A DNA stretch of 63,308 nucleotides, the filler included, from Sphingomonadaceae bacterium (lineage in GTDB: Bacteria > Chloroflexota > UBA6077), in NCBI GenBank assembly GCA_050261575.1. It is 4 parts of 4 records of this genome, joined end to end, with 100 filler letters (N's around TTAATTAATTAA, not from the genome) between each part and the next. Parts side by side here need not be neighbours in the genome. Positions count along the whole stretch, not along the records: positions 14,695 to 38,883 come from JBLNDL010000047.1; positions 38,984 to 50,306 come from JBLNDL010000049.1; 2 more parts are not named here. One strand, written 5' to 3'. Numbering within the stretch: position 1 is the first letter of the stretch; each line of letters starts with the position of its first letter. Under the pieces are notes generated by a model, which was not told the DNA's origin, did no database searches, and saw only the letters and a list, made by a program, of their open reading frames with translations. Shown one piece after another: positions 36,249 through 44,823 of this stretch. The position numbers and the translations under genes were made by a program.

Positions 36249-38173
36249 CGCAGCACCACCCCCACCAGGGCCACCAGCAGCGCGATCGCCACCGGGTTCG
36301 CCCATCTATTCAGGCTAGCTTCACCCAGGGCCTTCTCGAAGTAGTAGCCGGTGGTCACCACAGTCTCCGGCTTGTCCTGCAGGGAGCGGAACCCCACCAC
36401 AGGACCGCCGACTGCCTGCTCGCCGCACATGTAGGCGGGACGCACCTGCTCCGACTTGACTCGGACGAACAAGTAGGCGGGCACCACCACCAGCAGCACC
36501 ACCAGGAAGAGGGGCCAAACCGCGATGAAGCCGACGCCGGTGCTCAGATCGGCTCCGGCTGCGGAGATGCCGGCCACCTTGTAGTAGGGCATAACCGCGT
36601 GCTCCACCACCAGGTCCACCACCTGGGCGACCACGGCGCTCAGCGCGACCGCCATCACCACTAGCAGCACGAGAGGGGTGGAGTAGAGAGACTCCAGGGC
36701 GGGGCCGCCGCGCCGCTCGGCGCCAGCGGGGGCGCCCAACAGCCTGCCGACCCACTTCACCCAGAAGACGACCGTCGCCGCGCTGCCCACCACGAAGAAG
36801 AGGGTTATGAGCGGCATCTTGACCGAGGCCTCGATGGCCGCCCACTTGCTGATCAGCACGGCGAAGGGAGGAAGCAGCATCGTGAGGATGCCTACCACCG
36901 TGATGATGGTCAACAACGGCTGCCGCGAGATGAGGCCCTCCATGTCCTCTATGTCCCGGCTCCCGATCTTGTGCTCGATCGTGCCGGTGCAGAGGAAGAG
37001 GAGCGCCTTGGAGATGGCGTGGAAGATTATCAGCATGATCGCCGCGCTGATGGCCAGCGGGGTGTTGAGACCGGCGCAGGCGATGATCAGTCCCAGGTTG
37101 GAGATGGTGGAGTAGGCCAGCACCCGCTTGGCGTTGCTCTGGCTGATGGCCAGCACCGCAGTCAGCAGGAAGGTGAAAGAGCCCGCCAGCGCCACCAGCA
37201 GGCTCAGGTTGGTGTCCACGTACGCAGGGGCGAGCCGGACCACCAGGTACACCCCCGCCTTAACCATGGTGCTGGAGTGGAGCAGGGCGGAGACCGGCGT
37301 GGGGGCCACCATGGCTCCCAACAGCCAACTCTGGAACGGCATCTGGGCCGACTTGGTGAAGCCGGCGAACACCAGCAGCGACAGCGGAAGCAGCACTATC
37401 TCCGGCTGAGCCCCGGCGGAGATGATGTCCTTCAGGGAGAGGGTGTGGGCCCGCTCGAACATCAGGAGGATGCCGGCCGCGAAGGCGACGCCGCCCAGGG
37501 AGTTCATCCAGAGGGCCCTGGTGGCATTGGCGATGGACTCCTTGGTCAGATCATGCCGGATCAGCATGAAGGAGCAGAGAGTGGTGACTTCCCAGAAGAA
37601 GTAGACCCACAGCAGGCTGTTAGCGAACACCAGGGCGTTCATCGCGCCGAGGAAGATCACCAGCCAGAAGAAGAAGCGGGGCTGGCGAGTCCCAGCCAGA
37701 TGGATGTGGTGCTCGTGGTCCTTCATGTACTGCAGGGCGTATACGCAGATGAGAGAGCCGACGATGGAGATGACCAAGGCCATGATGATGGAGAGCTCGT
37801 CGACGTAGAGGGCGGGCTTGACCTCCACGTGAGCCCCCACCACGAACTCGAAGTAGCCCATGATGGCCCCCTGCGCCAGCGCCAGCACCGTGATCAGCGC
37901 GTTGCGCAGGTAGAGGCCCAAGGCCAGGAACACCACGAGAAGAGCCATGTCGGCGAAGGTGATAAGGACGTTCCAGTCCATCCCCGCGACGGGCGGGGGT
38001 GTGTACTCGAAGGGGCCGTTCTGCAACAACAGCAGGGAAGCCACGATCAGGACGATGGTCGTTACGATCACCGTGAGACCCCTGATCGCGCTGCTCCTGA
38101 TGAAGTAGCAGATGAGCCCCGCCAGCAAGGGTAGCAGCGTCAGTACCGCCACCAGCTGAGCCACTGGTTCCAT
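36245..38173 (-). CDS. echA: Ech hydrogenase antiporter-like subunit A
   Basis: 642 aa; FFWEVTTLCSF, TKSAQMPFQSWLLGAMVAPTPVSALLHSSTMVKAG, KRVLAYSTISNLG; AGGAGG upstream. Confidence 0.93.
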   Translation of the reverse strand: MEPVAQLVAVLTLLPLLAGLICYFIRSSAIRGLTVIVTTIVLIVASLLLLQNGPFEYTPPPVAGMDWNVLITFADMALLVVFLALGLYLRNALITVLALAQGAIMGYFEFVVGAHVEVKPALYVDELSIIMALVISIVGSLICVYALQYMKDHEHHIHLAGTRQPRFFFWLVIFLGAMNALVFANSLLWVYFFWEVTTLCSFMLIRHDLTKESIANATRALWMNSLGGVAFAAGILLMFERAHTLSLKDIISAGAQPEIVLLPLSLLVFAGFTKSAQMPFQSWLLGAMVAPTPVSALLHSSTMVKAGVYLVVRLAPAYVDTNLSLLVALAGSFTFLLTAVLAISQSNAKRVLAYSTISNLGLIIACAGLNTPLAISAAIMLIIFHAISKALLFLCTGTIEHKIGSRDIEDMEGLISRQPLLTIITVVGILTMLLPPFAVLISKWAAIEASVKMPLITLFFVVGSAATVVFWVKWVGRLLGAPAGAERRGGPALESLYSTPLVLLVVMAVALSAVVAQVVDLVVEHAVMPYYKVAGISAAGADLSTGVGFIAVWPLFLVVLLVVVPAYLFVRVKSEQVRPAYMCGEQAVGGPVVGFRSLQDKPETVVTTGYYFEKALGEASLNRWANPVAIALLVALVGVVLR

Positions 38174-38190
38174 GATTCGCCCCTCCTACT

Positions 38191-38250
38191 TCACTGACGA
38201 ATCCAGTCGAAGGAATTCCGGATATCGGCCTTGCCAAGCCCGCGTGGCAA
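38191..38250 (-). CDS. Candidate 19-aa upstream ORF (MPRGLGKADIRNSFDWIRQ)
   Basis: AGGAGGT (38258-38264) lies 7 nt before TTG; the TGA stop ends just upstream of the echA Shine-Dalgarno. Confidence 0.35.
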   Translation of the reverse strand: MPRGLGKADIRNSFDWIRQ

Positions 38251-38757
38251 GCTTTCTACCTCCTAGATGCCCAGCAGGGTAGCGCTGGGTTCTGAGTAGC
38301 AGGTCGCCCGGATTGAGAAAAGCGAGCGGGTCCGGATGCGGACCCTTGCGTGGACGTGGAGGACACGGGGAGCGCCGTCTATGCGGGCGCCGCTGCTCCC
38401 ATGACGATGGCTGACAGAGAGTCTGAGGAGGGCCGAAGGACCCCAGTCGTCCCTCTCGACCCGGCGATGCCCCATCGTTGGGAGTTGGCCCTCCCTTGGA
38501 CCTAGTGAACGTGGAAGTCCCCGACCGCGCATCGATCCGCGGAGACTCACGTAGCGCCCCAGCGAACTGAGCAACAAGGAAGGCTGGCCCCAGGCAGGCC
38601 AGCCCACGGTGCTGGGCGCTATCGCAACCTTGCCGACACGCCGGCCGATCCGGAGTCCAAGCCGAGCCCGAACTCCGGAAACCTGGCCCACACTGGCCCT
38701 ACCCTTGCCACATCTTCTTGGCGACACGGGAGCCCCTTTACTCCACGCAACATCACC

Positions 38758-38805
38758 AAAAGAAAAGAGCACCTCGCCGGAATCGAGTTCCGCGCGGAGG
38801 CGCTC
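38758..38805 (-). terminator. Intrinsic terminator in the ech upstream region
   Basis: GAGCGCCUC...GAGGUGCUC stem (the G-U pair works on the minus strand), inner CGGAA/UUCCG stem, then UUUUCUUUU. Confidence 0.75.
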
Positions 38806-38849
38806 GGCACCTTCCACCATGCGGATGCCAACGTCAGCATCCGAAAACT

Positions 38850-38877
38850 AGTATACGCTTTCCCTACCCCTTGTCAA
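38850..38877 (-). promoter_or_regulatory. Sigma70-type promoter TTGACA-N16-TATACT facing the ech operon
   Basis: Perfect -35 and 5/6 -10 in a GC-rich background. Confidence 0.7.
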
Positions 38878-38883
38878 GCAACT

Positions 38884-38983
38884 NNNNNNNNNNNNNNNNN
38901 NNNNNNNNNNNNNNNNNNNNNNNNNNNTTAATTAATTAANNNNNNNNNNNNNNNNNNNNNNNNNNNNNNNNNNNNNNNNNNNN
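38884..38983. other. Artificial contig-joining spacer
   Basis: 100 bp of N with a central TTAATTAATTAA. Confidence 0.98.
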
Positions 38984-39265
38984 GTCGGAAAGGGGGACAT
39001 GAGGGCGCAGGCCGAGCAGGTCTTCAAGAACCTGCGGACCGCCCTGGCAGCCGCAGGAGCCGGGCTGGAGCACGTCGTCAAGTGGAACGTCTACATCGTG
39101 CAGGGGCAGTCGATGCAACCCGGCTTCGAGGTGTTCCAGCGGGAGTGGGGAAGACGGCCCAACCCACCCGCCATCACCGTGCTCTTCGTGGCGGGGCTGG
39201 CGCACCCCGATTACCTGCTGGAGATGGATGCCGTCGCCGTGGTGCCGCTGCCGGGGAACCAGTAG
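38984..39265 (+). CDS. Rid (YjgF/YER057c/UK114) family protein, 5'-truncated
   Basis: VGKGDMRAQAEQVFKNL..AL.AAGA.LEHVVK, PPAITVLFVAGLAHPDYLLEMDAVA; frame open from the contig start. Confidence 0.88.
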   Translation, partial: VGKGDMRAQAEQVFKNLRTALAAAGAGLEHVVKWNVYIVQGQSMQPGFEVFQREWGRRPNPPAITVLFVAGLAHPDYLLEMDAVAVVPLPGNQ

Positions 39266-39380
39266 GGGCGGAGCGCGGTATCCGCCCGTTCGGTTTTTGT
39301 CCAGGCGACAGCCATCGGGTCCTGTCTCGCGGAGGGTCTGTTGGTTACGAATCGCGGCGGGGGACAAGCCCCCGCCGTAC
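39262..39380. repeat. GTAG-type REP-like cluster
   Basis: GTAGGGGCGGAGCGCGGTATCCGCCC ... GCGGCGGGGGACAAGCCCCCGCCGTAC between convergent genes. Confidence 0.6.
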
Positions 39381-39434
39381 TGCCACGGGAGATGGTGGCA
39401 GGCCCCCACGGGCGGCACCGATTGTCGTGGAGCG

Positions 39435-40856
39435 CTACCGTACCAGCCCCCCCGCAGCCACTCGGGCGAAGCTGACGAAGGGCTCCGAGAGGATCCCAAG
39501 GGCGAATACCGCCACCACCGCCACCGCCAGCGACGCGAACGCCGCGGCGGGGAAGCGCACCGGCTCCTCGTCCGGTGGCGCCACCAGGTACATCTGCCGG
39601 ATCACGTGGGCGTAGTAGTAGAGAGACACTGCCGAGTTGAGCAGCCCCAGCACTACCAGCCACACCATCCCTGCCTGGTAGGCCGCCGCGAACAGGTACA
39701 GCTTGGCGAAGAAGCCCGCCATAGGTGGCAGCCCCGCTAGCGACAGCAGGCTGATGGCCAAGGCGAAGCTGAGCAGCGGCGCCCGCCGGTGCAGCCCTGA
39801 GTAGCCCTCGATCCGGTCGTCTGGGGCGATCCTGGAGGCCAGGATCACCACGGTGAAGGCCGCCAGGTTCGTGACGGTGTAGACCAGCAGGTAGAACATC
39901 ACACTGGAGATGCCCGCGGCGGTGGCCGCCGCGACGCCCAGCAGCAGGTAGCCCGCGTGGCCGATGCTGGAGTAGGCGAGCATCCGCTTGATGTTCTGCT
40001 GAGTCAGGGCCACCACGTTCCCGAGGGTCATCGTCAGCGCCGAGAGCACCGCGAAGAGGGTGACCCAGTCGGCCTGGATGCCACCCATCGCCACCGTGAA
40101 GACTCGGATCACCACCGCGAAGCCGGCAGCCTTGGAGGCCACCGACAGGAAGGCCGTCACCGGGGTGGGCGCGCCTTCGTAGACGTCTGGAGCCCACATC
40201 TGGAAGGGCACCGCGGCCACCTTGAAGCCGAAGCCCGCCGCCACCATCGCCATGGCCAGCAGCAGCGCGGGCGATGTACCCTGCCCCACCGCCGCCGCGA
40301 TCCCCGAGAGCTCGGTGGTCCCGGAGAGGCCGTACAGCAGCGCCATCCCGTACAGCAGCACCGCAGAAGAGAGCGCACCCAGCAGCAGGTACTTTAGTGC
40401 GGCCTCGCTCGACTTGCGGTCCCGCTTGGCGAGCCCCGCCAGCAGGTAGAGGCTGATGCTGGTGAGCTCCAGCGCCAGGAAGATGGACACCAGCTCCCGC
40501 GTCCCCGCCATCAGCATCATCCCCGTAGTGGAGAAGAGCATCAGCCCGTAGAACTCGCCCTCGGCGCCGGGGTTGCGCTCCAAGAACGCGACCGCCGACA
40601 GCGCGACCAGCGCCGCTGCCAGCAGGAAGGCGAGCTTGAAGAAGATCGCGAAGTCGTCCACCACCAGCATCCCGAAGAAAGAGGTGGTGTTCCGCCCCAC
40701 CAGGGATACCGACGCCGCGGCCGAGGCGGCGATGCCCAGGAGGGCCAGGTAGAGGTTGGCCCGCTTCGACGTGGGCGGCAGGAAGGTGTCCAGCAGTATC
40801 ACCAGGGAGGCGAAGACCGCCAGTATGAGTTCGGGTGCCAGCAACGTTACGTCCAA
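39435..40856 (-). CDS. nuoN: Complex I subunit N
   Basis: LLAPELIL, SSEAALKYLLLGALSS, GFKVAAVPFQMWAPDVYEGAPTP, KRMLAYSSIGHAGY. Confidence 0.95.
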   Translation of the reverse strand: MDVTLLAPELILAVFASLVILLDTFLPPTSKRANLYLALLGIAASAAASVSLVGRNTTSFFGMLVVDDFAIFFKLAFLLAAALVALSAVAFLERNPGAEGEFYGLMLFSTTGMMLMAGTRELVSIFLALELTSISLYLLAGLAKRDRKSSEAALKYLLLGALSSAVLLYGMALLYGLSGTTELSGIAAAVGQGTSPALLLAMAMVAAGFGFKVAAVPFQMWAPDVYEGAPTPVTAFLSVASKAAGFAVVIRVFTVAMGGIQADWVTLFAVLSALTMTLGNVVALTQQNIKRMLAYSSIGHAGYLLLGVAAATAAGISSVMFYLLVYTVTNLAAFTVVILASRIAPDDRIEGYSGLHRRAPLLSFALAISLLSLAGLPPMAGFFAKLYLFAAAYQAGMVWLVVLGLLNSAVSLYYYAHVIRQMYLVAPPDEEPVRFPAAAFASLAVAVVAVFALGILSEPFVSFARVAAGGLVR

Positions 40857-40873
40857 GTTCGTCTCAACCTCCG

Positions 40874-40945
40874 CGACTGAGTGACGAGTGATGAGTAACG
40901 AGTGATGAGCGACCTACTCATTACTCATCACTCGTTGCTCGTCAC
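40874..40945. repeat. Inverted tandem heptamer repeats between nuoM and nuoN
   Basis: GTGACGA GTGATGA GTAACGA GTGATGA ... CTCATTA CTCATCA CTCGTTG CTCGTCA. Confidence 0.8.
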
Positions 40946-42381
40946 TGGAGAGCAAGGGCCGTCACGCCCGTCCCGATCACGTCGGTCAGGACGGACGGGT
41001 ACACCCCCACGCCCACGATCACCGCCACCATCACCCCAACGGTTAACAGTTCCAGCCGGCTGGCGTCGCCCAACTGGGCCCACCTTGCAGGCAGCGGCCC
41101 CATGAAGACCCGCTGCAGCATCCAGAGCAGGTAGCCCGCCGTGATGACGATGCCGAACGCCGCCAGGATGGTGGCCGCCTGCCACACAGGGAATGCGCCG
41201 ACGAACACCAGGAACTCCGCGACGAAGCCGCTCGAACCCGGCAGCCCCAGCGAGGCGAGCCCGGCTATCACGAACACCACTGCGATGGCCGGCATCCTGG
41301 CGCCCAGCCCGCCCAACTGGTCGATGATGCGGGTGTGGGTGCGGTCGTACACCAGGCCAACCATCAGGAAGAGCAGCCCCGTGATGGTGCCGTGGGTGAA
41401 CATCTGCAGCACTGCCCCCTGGAGACCCACGCCGGTGAGCGCCGCCGTCCCCAGCAGCACGTAGCCCATGTGGCTCACGCTGGAGTAGGCGATCAGCTTC
41501 TTCAGGTCCTCCTGCACCATGGAGACGGCGGCCCCGTACAGCACGTTGACCACCGCCAGCACCGCCAGCCAGGGTGCCAGCTCCCGCGCCGCGTCGGGCA
41601 GCATCCCGATAGGCAGCCGGATCAGACCGTAGCCGCCCATCTTCAGCAGCACGCCCGCCAGCAGCACGCTTACCGCCGTGGGCGCCTCCACGTGCGCGTC
41701 AGGCAGCCAGGTGTGGAAGGGGAAGACGGGTATCTTCACCGCGAAGCCGACTGCCAGCAGCAGGAACACCGCCATCTGGAAGCCCAGCGCGTACTGCTGT
41801 GCCCCCACCACCGTCATGTCGAACGTGTTCATCCCCGAAGCGAAGAAGAGGGCCAGGATCCCCACCAGCATGAACACGCTGCCTGCGACGGTGTACAGGA
41901 TGAACTTCATCGCGGCGTACTCGCGTCGCGGCCCGCCCCAGATGCCGATCAGCAGGTACATCGGCGCAAGCTCCAGCTCCCAGAAGAGGAAGAAGAGCAG
42001 CATATCCAGCGACGTGAAGACGCCCATCATGGCCGTCTCCAGCACCATCACCAGCGCGAAGTACTCCTTGGGACGTAGCTCCAGCCGCCACGAAGCCAGC
42101 ACCGCGACGAAGGTGAGCAGCCCGGTGAGCACCACCATCGGCAGGCTGATGCCGTCCACGGCCAGGAAGTAGGAGACCCCGTACTCGGGTATCCACTCCG
42201 CCTTCTCCACCAACTGGTAGCCCGAGGCGGCCAGGTCGAACAGTGCGAACGCCTGCAGGGTGAGCGCCAGCACGGCCAGGGAGACCGCGCCCGCGATCCA
42301 GCGGCTCCACCCCCTCGGAGCGAGCATGATGGCCAGCGCCGCCGCCAGCGGCAGGAACACTATCGAGCTCAAGTAGGGCAT
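40942..42381 (-). CDS. nuoM: Complex I subunit M
   Basis: VDGISLPM, FFLFWE, IWGG.RREYAAMKF, PFHTWLPDAHVEAPT, KKLIAYSSVSHMG. Start ATG 42381 after GAGGAG. Confidence 0.95.
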   Translation of the reverse strand: MPYLSSIVFLPLAAALAIMLAPRGWSRWIAGAVSLAVLALTLQAFALFDLAASGYQLVEKAEWIPEYGVSYFLAVDGISLPMVVLTGLLTFVAVLASWRLELRPKEYFALVMVLETAMMGVFTSLDMLLFFLFWELELAPMYLLIGIWGGPRREYAAMKFILYTVAGSVFMLVGILALFFASGMNTFDMTVVGAQQYALGFQMAVFLLLAVGFAVKIPVFPFHTWLPDAHVEAPTAVSVLLAGVLLKMGGYGLIRLPIGMLPDAARELAPWLAVLAVVNVLYGAAVSMVQEDLKKLIAYSSVSHMGYVLLGTAALTGVGLQGAVLQMFTHGTITGLLFLMVGLVYDRTHTRIIDQLGGLGARMPAIAVVFVIAGLASLGLPGSSGFVAEFLVFVGAFPVWQAATILAAFGIVITAGYLLWMLQRVFMGPLPARWAQLGDASRLELLTVGVMVAVIVGVGVYPSVLTDVIGTGVTALALQ

Positions 42382-42407
42382 CGCTACTCCTCTGTCACGG
42401 TATCCCG

Positions 42408-42500
42408 GTCGGGGCGCACACATGGGTGCGCCCTGGTACCCTAACGACGCCTCCCGTCCTGGCGCCGATCGGCTGGACAGACGCGCAGGTCTGCCCCTGC
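42408..42500. repeat. REP-like pair between nuoL and nuoM
   Basis: GTCGGGGCGCACACATGGGTGCGCCC ... GGACAGACGCGCAGGTCTGCCCCTGC. Confidence 0.55.
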
Positions 42501-42599
42501 AGGGTCACGACGGCGGCCGGGGTTATCCCACCCCCGACGGGCCGATCGTCGACCGCCTGGGTTGTCGCAACCCAGGCTCCACCGGCTGATGGCCGACGG

Positions 42600-44477
42600 C
42601 TACCTCGCGAACTGTGCAGCCAGCGTCGCCAGGGCGATCACCACGGCCCCCGCGTACATCGCCCAGCCGTAGTTCTGCAGCCGCCCCGTCTGGATCTGCC
42701 GCAGCGCCGCGCCGCTCGCCCGCGTCAGGGCGGCGATGCCGTTCACCGCGCCGTCCACCACCCACACGTCGAACAGCCGCAGCAGCCTCGCGCTCCCCAG
42801 CACCGCCACCGCGACGATCCAGCCGTACAGCTCGTCGATCCAATACTTGCTCTGCAGCACCCGGTAGACGGGGCCGAAGGCCGCCGATACCCTCTCCGGC
42901 GACAGCGTGCGGGCGCCGTACATCAGCCAAGCGAGGCCGATGCCGGCCAGCGCCACCAATATGGAGGAGCCCATCACCAGCAGGTTGAGTAGCTCCGCCT
43001 CGCCGTGCCCCCCCTCCAGGAAGGCCGCGAAGCCGTTGCCCGTCAGCGGCGATCCCCAGAAGCCGCTGAGGACGCTCGGCACCGCCAGCACCATCAGCGG
43101 CACCGTCATCACCCAGGGCGACTCGTGCACCGAGTGATGAAGACTGGGGACTGACTCCCACCGCGGCGCGCCCCAGAAGGCGAGGAACCACGCCCGGAAC
43201 ATGTAGAAGGCGGTCAGGAAGGCCGTGAACAGCGCCACCCCGTACACCAGGTACTGGCCGTGGCCGAAAGCCGCCGCCAGGATCTCGTCCTTGCTCCAGA
43301 AGCCGCTCGTCACCAGCGGGAAGCCGGAGAGCGAGAGGGCAGCGATCAGCATGGTCGTCGCCGTGATCTTCATCCGGCTGCCCAGCCCGCCCATGAAGCG
43401 TAGATCCTGGCTGCCCAGGGCGTGGATCACGCTGCCGGCCGTGAGGAACAGCAACGCCTTGAAGAAGGCGTGGTTCATCAGGTGGAATATGGCTGGGCCC
43501 TTGGCCCCGACCCCCAGGGCGAGCATCATGTAGCCGAGCTGGCTCACCGTGGAGTAGGCCATCACCCGCTTGATGTCGTTGGCCACCAACGCCATCGACG
43601 CCGCCAGGATCGCCGTGAGCGTCCCGACGACCATGACCACGGTCATCGCCGCCGGACCCGCCTCGAAGATGGGGAATGCCCGCGCCACCAGGTAGACGCC
43701 GGCGGCGACCATGGTCGCCGCGTGGATCAGGGCGCTCACCGGAGTGGGGCCCTCCATCGCGTCGGGCAGCCATACGTGCAGCGGGAACTGTGCCGACTTG
43801 CCCACGGCCCCCGAGAAGAGCAGCACGCCCACCAGACCCATGAAGGCCGGATCGAATTGCCCCGCGGCGATCATCTCCTCCAGCCGGGCGAACTCCAGGG
43901 TGCCCGCGCGACTCCACAGCAGCAGGATGCCGATCAGCAGCCCGAAGTCGCCGAACCGCGTGACCACGAACGCCTTCTTGGCGGCCGCTGCCGCCTCCGG
44001 CTTCTGATACCAGAAGCCGATCAGCAGGTAGGAGCAAAGACCCACCAGCTCCCAGAAGACGTACAGCGTCAGCAGGTTGTTCGCCAGCACCAGCCCCAGC
44101 ATCGACGCGCTGAAGAGGGAGATGAAGGCGAAGTAGCGGCTGTAGCCGGGGTCGCCGTGCATGTAGCCCTGGGAGTAGAAGATCACCAGCGCCGCCACGG
44201 AGGTTACCACCAGCAGCATCACCGCGGTGAGCGGATCCACCGCGAAGCCCATGGCCAGCGCGTTGCCCCTGCCTGCCAGCGGCAGCCAGGTGAGCTGCCG
44301 CTCCAGGTGCGCCCCCGCGAGCACCTCCTGGAAGATGGGCAGCGCCAGCAGGAAGGACGCCCCTATCCCGGCGACGGCGACGTAGCCGCTGAGCAGCCTC
44401 CAATGCCTGGTGAGGAAGGAGATCACCAGGAACGCCATCAGCGGGAACACCGGTATCAGCCAGGCAAGCTCGATCAC
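42600..44477 (-). CDS. nuoL: Complex I subunit L
   Basis: WELVGLCSYLLIGFW, GKSAQFPLHVWLPDAMEGPTPVSALIHAATMVAAG, HAFFKALLFL, C-terminal QTGRLQNY. Confidence 0.96.
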   Translation of the reverse strand: MIELAWLIPVFPLMAFLVISFLTRHWRLLSGYVAVAGIGASFLLALPIFQEVLAGAHLERQLTWLPLAGRGNALAMGFAVDPLTAVMLLVVTSVAALVIFYSQGYMHGDPGYSRYFAFISLFSASMLGLVLANNLLTLYVFWELVGLCSYLLIGFWYQKPEAAAAAKKAFVVTRFGDFGLLIGILLLWSRAGTLEFARLEEMIAAGQFDPAFMGLVGVLLFSGAVGKSAQFPLHVWLPDAMEGPTPVSALIHAATMVAAGVYLVARAFPIFEAGPAAMTVVMVVGTLTAILAASMALVANDIKRVMAYSTVSQLGYMMLALGVGAKGPAIFHLMNHAFFKALLFLTAGSVIHALGSQDLRFMGGLGSRMKITATTMLIAALSLSGFPLVTSGFWSKDEILAAAFGHGQYLVYGVALFTAFLTAFYMFRAWFLAFWGAPRWESVPSLHHSVHESPWVMTVPLMVLAVPSVLSGFWGSPLTGNGFAAFLEGGHGEAELLNLLVMGSSILVALAGIGLAWLMYGARTLSPERVSAAFGPVYRVLQSKYWIDELYGWIVAVAVLGSARLLRLFDVWVVDGAVNGIAALTRASGAALRQIQTGRLQNYGWAMYAGAVVIALATLAAQFAR

Positions 44478-44492
44478 GTTATTGCGCCCCCC

Positions 44493-44816
44493 CTACCACT
44501 TCATCAGGTCGATCTCGTCCACCTCCACCGTCTTCCGGTCGCGGTAGATGGCGACGACGATCGCCAGGCCGACGGCGGCCTCGGCCGCGGCTACGGTGAT
44601 CACGAAGACGGCGAAGACCTGTCCCAGCAGCGGTACCGCCGAGGCGACGAAGTGGGAGAATCCCAGCAGCGTCACGTTCACCCCGTTCAGCATCAGCTCG
44701 ATCGACATAAGGATGACCACAGCGTTCCGCCGCGCCAGCGCCCCGTAGAGTCCGATGGCGAAGAGGACGGCGCCGAGGATCAGGTAGTGGTTCAAGGTCA
44801 ACGGGTAGAGGCTCAT
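44493..44816 (-). CDS. nuoK: Complex I subunit K
   Basis: [36 protein letters not shown]; start ATG 44816. Confidence 0.95.
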   Translation of the reverse strand: MSLYPLTLNHYLILGAVLFAIGLYGALARRNAVVILMSIELMLNGVNVTLLGFSHFVASAVPLLGQVFAVFVITVAAAEAAVGLAIVVAIYRDRKTVEVDEIDLMKW

Positions 44817-44823
44817 CGGCTCC

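Noticed and set aside
38565..38573. AACTGAGCA, resembling the 5' end of the NiCo riboswitch
   Set aside because: It is on the strand opposite to ech and the 3' GTGGGACAG element is absent.
38263..38820. 185-aa ORF upstream of echA
   Set aside because: No RBS, Arg/Gly/Ser-rich non-protein-like composition, and it runs through an intrinsic terminator.
38806..38820. GGTGGAA/AAGGTGC on the minus strand, reminiscent of T-box or cobalamin riboswitch fragments
   Set aside because: No stem I or GGTGGnACC context, and no GGGAA/B12-box elements; the leader before the terminator is too short.
35308..40945. Repeat arrays as possible CRISPR arrays
   Set aside because: Units are 7 bp with no unique spacers, and no cas genes were seen.
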